Source of the DNA: a virus | Lineage: Duplodnaviria; Caudoviricetes | Reading direction: 5' to 3' (one strand) | DNA: 29,828 nt | Virus record (IMG/VR): IMGVR_UViG_3300042326_000500 | Location: 1 to 29,828 of that record | Shown here: positions 1-7,987 of the stretch, piece after piece | How positions within the stretch are numbered: position 1 is the first letter of the stretch | Layout: every line of letters begins with the position of its first letter | Position numbers and translations under genes: made by a program | Notes under the pieces: model-generated | Database searches by the model: none | Seen by the model: the letters and a program-made list of their open reading frames with translations, nothing else | What the model was told of the DNA's origin: nothing

Positions 1-36
1 TTGCTCAACGGGTGCGGACTGTTGTTTGTTGCTCAT
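1..36 (-). CDS. 5' end of the next early-operon gene (MSNKQQSAPVEQ..., runs off the window)
   Basis: ATG at 36-34 lies 2 nt after the stop of the DUF669-type gene, and the frame is open to the window edge. Confidence 0.4.
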   Translation of the reverse strand, partial: MSNKQQSAPVEQ

Positions 37-38
37 GC

Positions 39-521
39 TTAACCCCAAGGACGTGCTGACTTTGCGGGGGCTGCAGCCGGTGCCGGCTTGGCCGGCGCTG
101 CAGGCTTGGCCGCCGGGGCATCGACGGCCGCGCGGTAGTTCCAGATCACGTTGCGCGTCGGGTCTTTCTTGTCGATGCCGACCTCGGCCACAAACGGCGT
201 GTCGTGCAGCTCGACGCTGTCCTCGACGTTGTCCAGGTGCAGCGCCATGCACAGGCGGGCCAGCTGCTCCTGGGCAATCTTCACCGTCTGCTGCGACGGG
301 TTGTCAAGGTTCAGCCGCTCCCAGTGACGGCGGCCGGAGTGCTCGCCGCTGATCACCTGCATCTCAAGCTCAAGGTAGCTGCCGGTCTTGGGCGCCTTGA
401 CCTGTTTGGTGCTGCTGGCCGTGATCATCATCTCGTAGTCGCCCGCGGGCAGCGGGTCGTAGGCCTTGGGTGCGCGCTCCTCGAATTGGATTGCGGATGC
501 TTTGAAGTTGATCGATGCCAT
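39..521 (-). CDS. DUF669-type phage single-stranded DNA-binding protein
   Basis: YDPLPAGDYEMMI...GSYLELEMQVISGEHSGRRHWERLNL pattern; flexible Ala/Pro tail ending in PW; next to an AAA_24 ATPase; AAGGA RBS. Confidence 0.8.
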   Translation of the reverse strand: MASINFKASAIQFEERAPKAYDPLPAGDYEMMITASSTKQVKAPKTGSYLELEMQVISGEHSGRRHWERLNLDNPSQQTVKIAQEQLARLCMALHLDNVEDSVELHDTPFVAEVGIDKKDPTRNVIWNYRAAVDAPAAKPAAPAKPAPAAAPAKSARPWG

Positions 522-540
522 GGTTCCAGTTCCTTATGGT

Positions 541-1290
541 TCAGGCGTTTTGAGATGCGGCCAAAGCCGCGGCGAATGCCTCCCAGTCGAGGGGCATGTT
601 CTTCAGGCCGAATCGGTTGCCGCCCATGTGCGCGGGGTGCGGCTCGACGTGAAGGATTCGTTTGCCCGTCGTGCGGGCTTTGGTTTCTTTGTTGCCGTAG
701 CCGGCGTCCGACTCGGTGGTGACGATCTGGTAATTGGCCCAGCCGATGACGTCGGCCCACTCCTGCACCAGGGCACCGGCGCGGTCGTGGAGCTTCAGGA
801 CGTACTGGTCGTACCCGTCGTGCAGCGGTGACTCAAAGCGCTTGATCTTGTCGTGCGCGATCAGGATCACGGCCATGTTCCGCTGAGCGCGCAGCTCCTC
901 AAAACCCTGCAGCAGCGTGCGCCACTCCTCGGCCGCGGCGATGTAGCCCTTGCCGTAGCCGGCGGCCTCAATCGTGGCCCACTTGTTCTGTGTACACACG
1001 TGTGTGTGTACAAGCGGCTCCAGCCAGTCCAGCGAGTCGAGGAACACCGTCTGGTAGTCGTGCTCCTCGTTGAGCAGCGTGCTGATGGCCTGGTAGACGT
1101 CGGCCAGGCTGGTGGCCAGGGGGAACGCGGCCGCGTCAACCGCGTCGGCGCCGTCCTCGGTCAGGATGCCGATCGCGCTGGGTGCGCTGGCGGCGAACGT
1201 CGTCTTGCCGATCTTGCCAGGGCCGGCGATAACGATCTTGGGGGCGCGCAGCCTCTTGGTGCGGCGAATGGATGAGAGGTCGAATGCCAT
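541..1290 (-). CDS. AAA_24 family ATPase (Sak4-like ssDNA-annealing/recombination protein)
   Basis: Walker A GPGKIGKT, Walker B VFLDSLDWLE, GYGKGY, ILIAH and EWADVIG motifs; start moved to MAFDLSS (ATG 1290, AAGGA RBS). Confidence 0.85.
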   Translation of the reverse strand: MAFDLSSIRRTKRLRAPKIVIAGPGKIGKTTFAASAPSAIGILTEDGADAVDAAAFPLATSLADVYQAISTLLNEEHDYQTVFLDSLDWLEPLVHTHVCTQNKWATIEAAGYGKGYIAAAEEWRTLLQGFEELRAQRNMAVILIAHDKIKRFESPLHDGYDQYVLKLHDRAGALVQEWADVIGWANYQIVTTESDAGYGNKETKARTTGKRILHVEPHPAHMGGNRFGLKNMPLDWEAFAAALAASQNA

Positions 1291-1304
1291 GTCGTGGGTT
1301 TCCT

Positions 1305-1562
1305 TTAGTCGTTGATCTCGTTGTTGGCCCGCACGCGAGCCCTGATCTGCGCGTCGCGCTGCTCCATCTCCTCCTTGCGGCGGCGCTGCTCCTCGTCCCA
1401 CACCTTGCGGTGGTCGTCGCTGATGCGCGCCTGGTCCCAGAGCCGGTCGTATTGCTTCTTGGACTTGGCCCAGAAGGCGTGGTCGTCGCTGTAGTCGTAC
1501 AGCCAGTCGAAGTTCTGCAGCGACTTGCGGTACTCCTCGAGAGGTTGGAATTCAATGGTCAT
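1305..1562 (-). CDS. small early hypothetical protein (FDWLYDYSDDH motif, C-terminal coiled coil)
   Basis: AGGAG RBS before ATG 1562; phage-like codon usage; co-directional with the operon. Confidence 0.7.
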   Translation of the reverse strand: MTIEFQPLEEYRKSLQNFDWLYDYSDDHAFWAKSKKQYDRLWDQARISDDHRKVWDEEQRRRKEEMEQRDAQIRARVRANNEIND

Positions 1563-1583
1563 GTTGTGCTCCTGTTGATGAGT

Positions 1584-1596
1584 TGCCAGAATCGCA
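1584..1596. promoter_or_regulatory. putative repressor operator (TGCC-AGAAT-CGCA)
   Basis: matches the TGCG-N5-C(G/T)CA pseudo-palindrome also at 2328, 3040 and 3074; intergenic. Confidence 0.45.
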
Positions 1597-1606
1597 TCAC
1601 AGTGGC

Positions 1607-1786
1607 TCAACGACTGAGCCAGTAAAACAGCAAAGAAGCTCCTGCGATGCCAAGGGCGGCCGCAAAGGCGATGTCCGCTGCCCTGGCTATGCGGCGCTCG
1701 CCAGGCGTGCGGTAGATGTAGCTACAGTCGGTGAAGCAGGCCTCGTGGATGGTGCGGGGCGTGCGGAAGTGAGAGGGTCGAAGCAT
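1607..1786 (-). CDS. 59-aa membrane-anchored hypothetical protein (MLRPSHFRTPRTIHEACF...AALGIAGASLLFYWLSR)
   Basis: translated by hand, below the ORF-track cutoff; AGGA RBS; C-terminal hydrophobic helix. Confidence 0.6.
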   Translation of the reverse strand: MLRPSHFRTPRTIHEACFTDCSYIYRTPGERRIARAADIAFAAALGIAGASLLFYWLSR

Positions 1787-1806
1787 GGTGTGGGTCCTGT
1801 CGTGGG

Positions 1807-1923
1807 TCAGAAGGGAGCCGGCGGGTATTTCTTAAAGGGGTCTTGCTTTTGCCGGCGGGGTCGAGGGATCGGTCGGCCCTTCCACGTTGGGAAGGGCCAG
1901 TTCGGTGGCGGCTGGTCAGGCAC
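1807..1923 (-). CDS. 38-aa Pro/basic peptide (VPDQPPPNWPFPTWKGRPIPRPRRQKQDPFKKYPPAPF)
   Basis: GTG start overlaps the upstream stop (GTGCCTGA); fills the operon gap. Confidence 0.45.
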   Translation of the reverse strand: MPDQPPPNWPFPTWKGRPIPRPRRQKQDPFKKYPPAPF

Positions 1924-2269
1924 TGACGGCCTGCACGCGGTCGATGATGTCGCGCATGCTGGCCAGCTCAAGCTCGAGCGCCTCGCGGTGGCTGATCTTG
2001 CGGGCGTTGGGGAACACGCCATCGCTGGCGTCGCGGACGTGCTGCACGGCGGCGTCGATGCTGTCGGGGGTGTAGCAGACCACGCGGCCCGTCACGCGCC
2101 CACCGCGGTACTGTTCGCCATCGGCCACCAGGTACAGGCCAGGCGAGCACTCGATGATCCAGGGCGTGCCGGTGATGATGTTGCGCTTGCGCTCGATGCG
2201 CTCCTCGAGCTCGGCAACCTGGCGGCTGCAGCTGTCGATGATCTGCTGGTACTGGTTCGCGGTGTTCAT
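1916..2269 (-). CDS. early hypothetical protein, first gene of the leftward operon
   Basis: 117-aa ORF; AAGGA RBS; lies downstream of an AT-rich intergenic region with an operator-like site. Confidence 0.7.
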   Translation of the reverse strand: MNTANQYQQIIDSCSRQVAELEERIERKRNIITGTPWIIECSPGLYLVADGEQYRGGRVTGRVVCYTPDSIDAAVQHVRDASDGVFPNARKISHREALELELASMRDIIDRVQAVSA

Positions 2270-2327
2270 GGTTCAGGTTCCTTGGTTCTCATGGCGAAGC
2301 TGCCATGTAGTGAATCCTACTCCACGA

Positions 2328-2340
2328 TGCGACTATCTCA
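2328..2340. promoter_or_regulatory. putative OL-like operator (gaTGCG-ACTAT-CTCAtc)
   Basis: near-perfect inverted repeat GATGCG/CTCATC in the AT-rich gap between the repressor and the early operon. Confidence 0.55.
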
Positions 2341-2388
2341 TCAAATAATCCGACAAAAATAGTGGGATAAGGCTTAAAAGCTACAGGG

Positions 2389-2973
2389 TCAATACAGGGG
2401 CTTGATCCAGAGGACCGTGGAGGTCCAGACGATAGAGGCGTCGGAGATCATCTCGTTGGAGGGCCAGATGATCAGGTTGTGCGTGTCCCGGCGGTAGCCG
2501 CGGCGCACTACGGCCAGGATCTGGCGGCCGTCGCCTGTGGCCACCAGGCACAGCTGGTCGATGTTCTCTGCAGGCGCCACCTGGGCCGGCGTCACGAACA
2601 GCAGCCACCCGTCCTTGGTGCTCGAGTGCGACCGCACCTGAATTGCGAACGTCCCAACAGGACAGTCACCAGGGCCAATGACGTCGTCGTGAGTTCGCGG
2701 TGGCATTGTCGTAACCACACCGTTCTCGTCGACGTGCGCGGCCACAGGGCAGCGCCTGACGTCCTCGGTCACCTCGATGCCGGCGTTGCGCATTACCTCG
2801 TTCAAGGGCACGCCGAGAATGACCGAGATCTGGTGCGCCTCGTGGGGCGTGATACGGCGCATGCCTCTGAACATGAGGGACACCGCTGCTGGGTCAATTT
2901 CCAACATCTTCGCCAACCTTCTCTGCGACAACTTCTTGTCGGCAAGCCGATCACGAAACCATTGTGTGTTCAT
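2389..2973 (-). CDS. cI: CI-like repressor: XRE HTH plus a degenerate S24-like C-terminal domain
   Basis: N-terminal HTH LSQRRLAKMLEIDPAAVSLMFRGMRRI; divergent from the cro-like gene; beta-rich C-terminus resembling peptidase S24. Confidence 0.75.
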   Translation of the reverse strand: MNTQWFRDRLADKKLSQRRLAKMLEIDPAAVSLMFRGMRRITPHEAHQISVILGVPLNEVMRNAGIEVTEDVRRCPVAAHVDENGVVTTMPPRTHDDVIGPGDCPVGTFAIQVRSHSSTKDGWLLFVTPAQVAPAENIDQLCLVATGDGRQILAVVRRGYRRDTHNLIIWPSNEMISDASIVWTSTVLWIKPLY

Positions 2974-3039
2974 AGCTACGCAAAGCGAAAGAGCCGCTTC
3001 TTAATCAACAGGGACTAGATAGTGGCAGTCTCTCCATGT

Positions 3040-3086
3040 TGCGTCAACCTCATACAATGAGCAGCCTCAAGATTGCGGCAACAACA
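3040..3086. promoter_or_regulatory. OR-like control region: operator-like sites 3040-3052 (TGCG-TCAAC-CTCA) and 3074-3086 (TGCG-GCAAC-AACA), with a TACAAT -10-like hexamer at 3053-3058
   Basis: repeated pseudo-palindrome between divergent HTH genes. Confidence 0.55.
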
Positions 3087-3099
3087 TCACGGAGTGCAA

Positions 3100-3342
3100 A
3101 TGCCAATTCCCACGATCCATACCCTGTCCCCGGCCTATGACGTCATCCAGCGCCTGGGCGGCAAAACCGAGGTCGCTGAGCGCCTGAACTTGGACAAGAG
3201 CACCCTCAGCCGCTGGTGCCAGCCGCGGCCCGAGGGCACTGGGGGCCAGATCCCGCAGCGGCACTGGCCGGAGCTGATGAAGATTGCGCGCGACAAGAAG
3301 GTGCGCATCAAGATCGAGGAGCTGGTAGCCGTTGAGGTGTAG
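3100..3342 (+). CDS. cro: Cro-like HTH regulator
   Basis: VIQRLGGKTEVAERLNLDKSTLSRW...GGQIPQRHW; GGAG RBS before ATG 3100; divergent from the repressor. Confidence 0.75.
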   Translation: MPIPTIHTLSPAYDVIQRLGGKTEVAERLNLDKSTLSRWCQPRPEGTGGQIPQRHWPELMKIARDKKVRIKIEELVAVEV

Positions 3343-3344
3343 CC

Positions 3345-5468
3345 ATGGTTGTCGGAGCACCAACCATGACCAACAGCGACTTCCTGGCCGAGATCTACGG
3401 CGAGCTCGTGGAGGGCACACACGGCTGGGTGTGCACGTTCCGCGCAGACCCCAGCAACGCACCGCCGGCCGTGTGGGCTGGGCGGCTCTACAAGGGAACG
3501 CCGCAGCAGGCGGCTCTCATTGATCGCAGCGGGCAAGACAACACGTATTTCTGCACTGCCGTTCTCGCGGCCACCGAGGACGGCGAGATCGTCAGACGCA
3601 AGGATTCATTCGTTCGGCTTGCTGTGCTGGTGCTGGACGACGTTCAGCTGCAGGACCTGCAGGGTTACAGCTACGCGATCCAGACCAGCCCGGGCAAGTT
3701 CCAGGTCGGCATCTTGATTGACCTTGATGACCCCGATGCCCGGAATAGGCAGCTCGTAGATCTACTTATGCAGGCATTGGCCACGCGGGGGTTCATCAAG
3801 GCTGACCGCAGCGGTAATAACGCGGTGCGTTACGTCCGGCTGCCAGTCGGGCAGAACACCAAACCGCGCGCCGCCGGCGAGTGGGCGGTGCAGCTCGACA
3901 CCTGGCGCCCGAGCGTGCGCTGGTCCCTCGAGGATGCCTGCCACGCGATCGGGATCGACCTGGACAACCTGCGCGCGGCGTCTGATGCGCAGACAACCAA
4001 ATCTGCATCAACGCCAGGGCAGGGCGTGCACGCCGGCGAGATGATCGCGGGCCTGACAGCGCCAGTGGGCGAGCGGGTCTATCACGAGTCGATCACGCGC
4101 CTGGCCGCCAGCCTGGTGTCCAACGGCATGTTCCCTGGGGCGGCTGTTGAGTTCCTGCGCGACCTAATGCACCAGGTCAAGCCCACCGGGCCCGAGGAGG
4201 AGATCCGGCGCTGGCAGTCGCGCTACGACGAGATCGAGCGGGCGGTCAAAAGCGCGGAGAAGTTCGCACCGGACAACCGCAAGCCGCCCAGCATCACCGT
4301 CAACCTGAACCTCGGCAATGACGAACAAGTGCCGACAGAAAGTAAGCCCGGCGACCTGGTGCCCATGGACTGGGGCAACCTGGCCGGCACCCAGCCAGAG
4401 CCCACGGCCTGGCGCCTTGAGGGCTGGCTGCCCGAGGGCACGGTCACCCTGCTGGCCGCCAACGGTGGCGTGGGCAAGTCCAACCTCAGCCTGCAGCTCG
4501 GCGTGTCGCTGGCCACCGGGCAGCAGTTCATGGGCATCGACACCAAGCAGAGCCGGGTGCTGGTGCTGTCGGGCGAGGACGAGGCGCGCACGGTGCACTT
4601 CCGCGTGGCCAACATCTGCCAGGACCAGGGCGTGGCCATGCGTGACCTGGCCGGGCGCATGGCCGTCTACGACCTGACCCAGGCCGACTGCGTCCTGTGG
4701 CGCGATGGCCACCCGACCGAGCGCATGCAGTGGCTGGCCGACACCGCCGTGCGCATGCGCGCCGAGGTGATCGTGATCGACAACGCCAGCGACGTGTTCG
4801 CGGACAACGAGAACGACCGGACGGCGGTGCGGGGCTTCATGCGGGCCCTGAACCTAATCGCCCACGTCACCCGGGCCGCGGTGCTGCTTTTGGCCCACGT
4901 CGACAAGGCCAGCGTGCGCATGGGCGCCGGCCAAGACACCAACAGCACGTTCTCAGGGTCGACGGCCTGGAACAACTCAGCGCGCAGCCGCTGGGCCATG
5001 GTCCGCGATGGCCAGGTCGTCACCGTGCGCCACGAGAAGTGCAACCTGGGCCCGCTGCAGGACGAGCTGCGCGTCGAGTTTGACCAGGGCAGCAAGACGT
5101 TCAAGCGCTTCGGCTCCATCCCAGGCCATGCTGCTGCGGCCGCTCTGATGCGCAACACGCAACGCGCTGCGATTCTGCGCATGGTCATGGACGCCGAGCG
5201 CGCAGGCCAGCGGCTGTCGATGTCCGCGCAGTCCAACAACAACGCCTACACCGTGCTGCGCCGCTCGGCTGACTTCCCGGCAGGGTTCGACCGCGGCGAG
5301 CTGTTCTCGATGCTGTTTGAGCTCCAGCGCGACGGCCTAGTGCAGGAGCAGGAGTACATGAACGAGCACCGCAAGAAGCACCGCTGCGTGGTGCTGACCG
5401 AGGTGGGCCGCATGCGGGCTGCGCAGGGTTCTGGGGCTCCGGCGATGTGGAAGGGGTCGGCTGAATGA
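3345..5468 (+). CDS. RepB-type (AEP-like) primase fused to an AAA_25/RepA-like helicase
   Basis: N-terminal VLVLDDV, IQTSPGKFQ and VRYVRLPVGQNTK; C-terminal Walker A ANGGVGKS, LSGED, VIVIDN, LLAHVDK, SGSTAWNNSARSR and EKCNLG; alternative start at 3366. Confidence 0.85.
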   Translation: MVVGAPTMTNSDFLAEIYGELVEGTHGWVCTFRADPSNAPPAVWAGRLYKGTPQQAALIDRSGQDNTYFCTAVLAATEDGEIVRRKDSFVRLAVLVLDDVQLQDLQGYSYAIQTSPGKFQVGILIDLDDPDARNRQLVDLLMQALATRGFIKADRSGNNAVRYVRLPVGQNTKPRAAGEWAVQLDTWRPSVRWSLEDACHAIGIDLDNLRAASDAQTTKSASTPGQGVHAGEMIAGLTAPVGERVYHESITRLAASLVSNGMFPGAAVEFLRDLMHQVKPTGPEEEIRRWQSRYDEIERAVKSAEKFAPDNRKPPSITVNLNLGNDEQVPTESKPGDLVPMDWGNLAGTQPEPTAWRLEGWLPEGTVTLLAANGGVGKSNLSLQLGVSLATGQQFMGIDTKQSRVLVLSGEDEARTVHFRVANICQDQGVAMRDLAGRMAVYDLTQADCVLWRDGHPTERMQWLADTAVRMRAEVIVIDNASDVFADNENDRTAVRGFMRALNLIAHVTRAAVLLLAHVDKASVRMGAGQDTNSTFSGSTAWNNSARSRWAMVRDGQVVTVRHEKCNLGPLQDELRVEFDQGSKTFKRFGSIPGHAAAAALMRNTQRAAILRMVMDAERAGQRLSMSAQSNNNAYTVLRRSADFPAGFDRGELFSMLFELQRDGLVQEQEYMNEHRKKHRCVVLTEVGRMRAAQGSGAPAMWKGSAE

Positions 5469-5472
5469 GGGC

Positions 5473-5644
5473 TGCGCTCGCATGCGCTAGCAGTGCGCTC
5501 GCAGTGCGGGCGCATGCTGACGCAGCAGGGAGGCCTGGCATGGCCCCGCCGCCCAAAGGCGGGGGCCAGGCCCTGCGAGGGGGTGCGAGCGCTTGCGCTA
5601 GCAGTGATACACTCGCCGTGTGGCGAGTGAGGTGCGAGCGCACC
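5473..5644. repeat. iteron-like 10-mers TGCGCT(C/A)GCA plus hairpins; candidate replication origin
   Basis: direct copies at 5473, 5483, 5494 and 5594; inverted copies at 5584 and 5633; hairpins at 5525-5576 and 5610-5629. Confidence 0.5.
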
Positions 5645-5671
5645 GAAACGCACAAGGGGCTGCTCCAGGTG

Positions 5672-5706
5672 GGCGGCCCTTTTGCTTGGCGCGTTGGTGA
5701 GAAAAT
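5672..5706 (+). promoter_or_regulatory. putative late promoter upstream of terS (GG-N10-GC, sigma54-like)
   Basis: GGCGGCCCTTTTGCTTGGCGC, 16/21 identical to 13353-13373 upstream of the capsid leader. Confidence 0.45.
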
Positions 5707-5712
5707 GGCGGC

Positions 5713-6228
5713 ATGATGGAAACGCAACATCAGGCCTCCGACGTCGGGTTAAAACAAGAGCCCGAAAAGAGGAAGGTCATGCGGACGCCGGACGGGCGGG
5801 AGCTGCCGGCCGGGCGGCCCAAGGGCACGCCCAACCGCGTCACGCGCACGATCCGCGAGGCCGTCGAGATGGCCGCGAAGGACTGCCACCCCAAGGGCCT
5901 GGCCGGCTGGCTGGTGGAGCGGGCGCAGGGCTCGCTGGGCGATCGCCAGATCTTCGCCGCGATGGTCAACAAGGCCATGCCGCTGCAAGTCAACACGAAC
6001 GTGGACGGCGGCATCAGGCTGGAGCTGGGCTGGTTATCGGCGCGGCAAGTGGGCACGCCTGCGGCACAAATCGAGCAGCAGCCAGCGCAAGTGCTTGATC
6101 TGCAACGGGAAAACGACGGCACCTACCGGATCATTGATCCGGTCACAGGGGCAGAGGGGGTGCCGGCCACTGGCCAGGCGCCGGATGCCGACGCGATAGA
6201 ACGGCCTACAAGGCCCGCGGAGGGCTAG
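5713..6228 (+). CDS. terS: terminase small subunit
   Basis: GRPKGTPNRVTRTIREAV motif typical of small terminases; lies upstream of terL. Confidence 0.7.
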   Translation: MMETQHQASDVGLKQEPEKRKVMRTPDGRELPAGRPKGTPNRVTRTIREAVEMAAKDCHPKGLAGWLVERAQGSLGDRQIFAAMVNKAMPLQVNTNVDGGIRLELGWLSARQVGTPAAQIEQQPAQVLDLQRENDGTYRIIDPVTGAEGVPATGQAPDADAIERPTRPAEG

Positions 6229-6405
6229 GTGGGGCCCTGGCCTGACCTGCTCTGCGATCGCGTCTCCTGCGCGCTCCTGGGCCCGTGCGCGGGGCACTGC
6301 GGGGCCATCTTCGTTTCCAGACCCCTACCCCCCTTCGAGGCGACGGGGGAGGGGGCGGCCGCAGCAGGGGCCCCCGCCCCTTTTCCTCTACCCCCCACCA
6401 ACCTT

Positions 6406-6627
6406 ATGAGCAATTCTCAACACGACCCCGTCAACCACCCGGCCCACTACACCGGCCACCCGAGCGGGGTGGAGTGCATCGACATCACCGAGCACATGAA
6501 CTTCTGCCTGGGCAACGCGATCAAGTACGTCTGGCGCGCGGGGCTGAAATCCAACAGCCCGGTGGAGGACCTGCGCAAGGCGCGCTGGTACATCGACCGC
6601 GAGATCCAGCGCTTGACGCGCGGATGA
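6406..6627 (+). CDS. DUF3310-type protein (T7 gp1.7 nucleotide-kinase-like)
   Basis: DPVNHPAHY...ECID...FCLGNAIKYVWRAGLK...EDLRKARWYIDREI signature; start moved to ATG 6406. Confidence 0.85.
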   Translation: MSNSQHDPVNHPAHYTGHPSGVECIDITEHMNFCLGNAIKYVWRAGLKSNSPVEDLRKARWYIDREIQRLTRG

Positions 6628-6643
6628 ACATCAACACCTCGCC

Positions 6644-7987
6644 ATGAATTTGCAGGAATACCAACCGCGCCAGGTGTTCCTGCCGCTGCACAACCGCGAC
6701 CGGCGCTGGACGGTGGTGGTGGCGCACCGCCGCTGCGGCAAGACGGTGGCCATGTGCGCTGACCTGGTGCTCGGCGCGCTCGAGACAGCGCTTCCGAAAC
6801 CGCAATTCGCCTACCTGGCGCCGCAGCGCGACCAGGCCAAGCGGGTGGCGTGGGGTTACCTCAAGGATCTGACCCGGCCGTTCTGGACCAGGCCGCCCAA
6901 CGAATCTGAGTTGAAGATTTCGATCAACAACGGCCACAAGGGTGAGTCGACGATCTACGTCGCCGGCGCTGACAACTACGACGCCCTGCGCGGCATGTAT
7001 TTCGACGGGGCGGTGCTGGACGAGGTGGGCGACATGAGGCCCAGCGCCTGGTACACGGTGATCCGACCGGCCCTGTCAGACCGCCGCGGCTGGGCGATTT
7101 TCGCCGGCACGCCCCGCGGCAAGAACCTGTTCTGGAATTTGCGCGAGGAGGCGCGGCTGAATCCGGCCACGCACATGCTGCTGGAGCTGCCCGCGTCCAA
7201 GACCAACATCATCCACCCCGACGAACTGCGCGACGCCAAGGCGCAGATGACGGCCGAGGCGTTTGAGGTCGAGTACGAGTGCTCGTTTGATGCTGCGGTG
7301 CCGGGTGCGTACTACGCCAAGCAGATCGGCGACGCCTACGAGCAAGGCCGGATCGGCAAGTTTCCGGTGGACCCGGCGTTCCCGGTCAACCTGGTGGCCG
7401 ACCTGGGCTACACCGACAGCTGCAGCTGGTGGGGATGGCAGGAGACGCGCGACGGTTACCGCATCGTCGATTTCTACGAAGCGGACAACCAGCCAATTCA
7501 GCACTACATCGACTGGGTAAAGTCACGCCCGTACCGGGTCAACGCGGAGGGCATCTTTTTGCCTCACGATGCCCGCGCCAAGTCGTTGCAGACGGGCAAA
7601 TCCATCATCGAGCAGTTCCTGGCCAACGGCATCCGGCCGCGTTTGGTGCCTGAGATGTCGCTGCAGGACGGCATCGAGGCCGCGCGGCTGGTGCTGCCCA
7701 AGTGCTGGTTCGACGAGGAGGTCACCTACGACGGTGTTGACCACCTCCGCGCCTACATGCGGGAGTGGGACGAGAAGACCCAGACCTACCGCAACCGGCC
7801 CAAGCACGACCAGCACTCGCACGCGAGTGACAGCTTCCGGTATCTCGCGCTTGCTGCGCGCCCGGTGATGGCGAAATCGCACCCCGGTCCTAAAATCTCG
7901 ACACCTGTGGTCAAGAGCATGAACTATGCGTTCGCCCTTGACGACATCTGGGACTGCGGTCCCCAACAGAGCACAAGGATCGGGTGA
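6644..7987 (+). CDS. terL: terminase large subunit
   Basis: Walker A VAHRRCGKT, Walker B GAVLDE, coupling motif GTPRGKN, nuclease residues in ADLGYTD and HASDSFRY. Confidence 0.95.
   Translation: MNLQEYQPRQVFLPLHNRDRRWTVVVAHRRCGKTVAMCADLVLGALETALPKPQFAYLAPQRDQAKRVAWGYLKDLTRPFWTRPPNESELKISINNGHKGESTIYVAGADNYDALRGMYFDGAVLDEVGDMRPSAWYTVIRPALSDRRGWAIFAGTPRGKNLFWNLREEARLNPATHMLLELPASKTNIIHPDELRDAKAQMTAEAFEVEYECSFDAAVPGAYYAKQIGDAYEQGRIGKFPVDPAFPVNLVADLGYTDSCSWWGWQETRDGYRIVDFYEADNQPIQHYIDWVKSRPYRVNAEGIFLPHDARAKSLQTGKSIIEQFLANGIRPRLVPEMSLQDGIEAARLVLPKCWFDEEVTYDGVDHLRAYMREWDEKTQTYRNRPKHDQHSHASDSFRYLALAARPVMAKSHPGPKISTPVVKSMNYAFALDDIWDCGPQQSTRIG

Noticed and set aside
1583-2362. 259-aa plus-strand ORF
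   Set aside because: It lies antisense to three minus-strand early genes that have better RBS or coupling and codon usage.
5465-5716. 83-aa ORF overlapping both neighbours by ATGA
   Set aside because: The composition is Ala/Cys low-complexity and is explained by the DNA repeats and hairpins. It is not excluded, but too weak to call.
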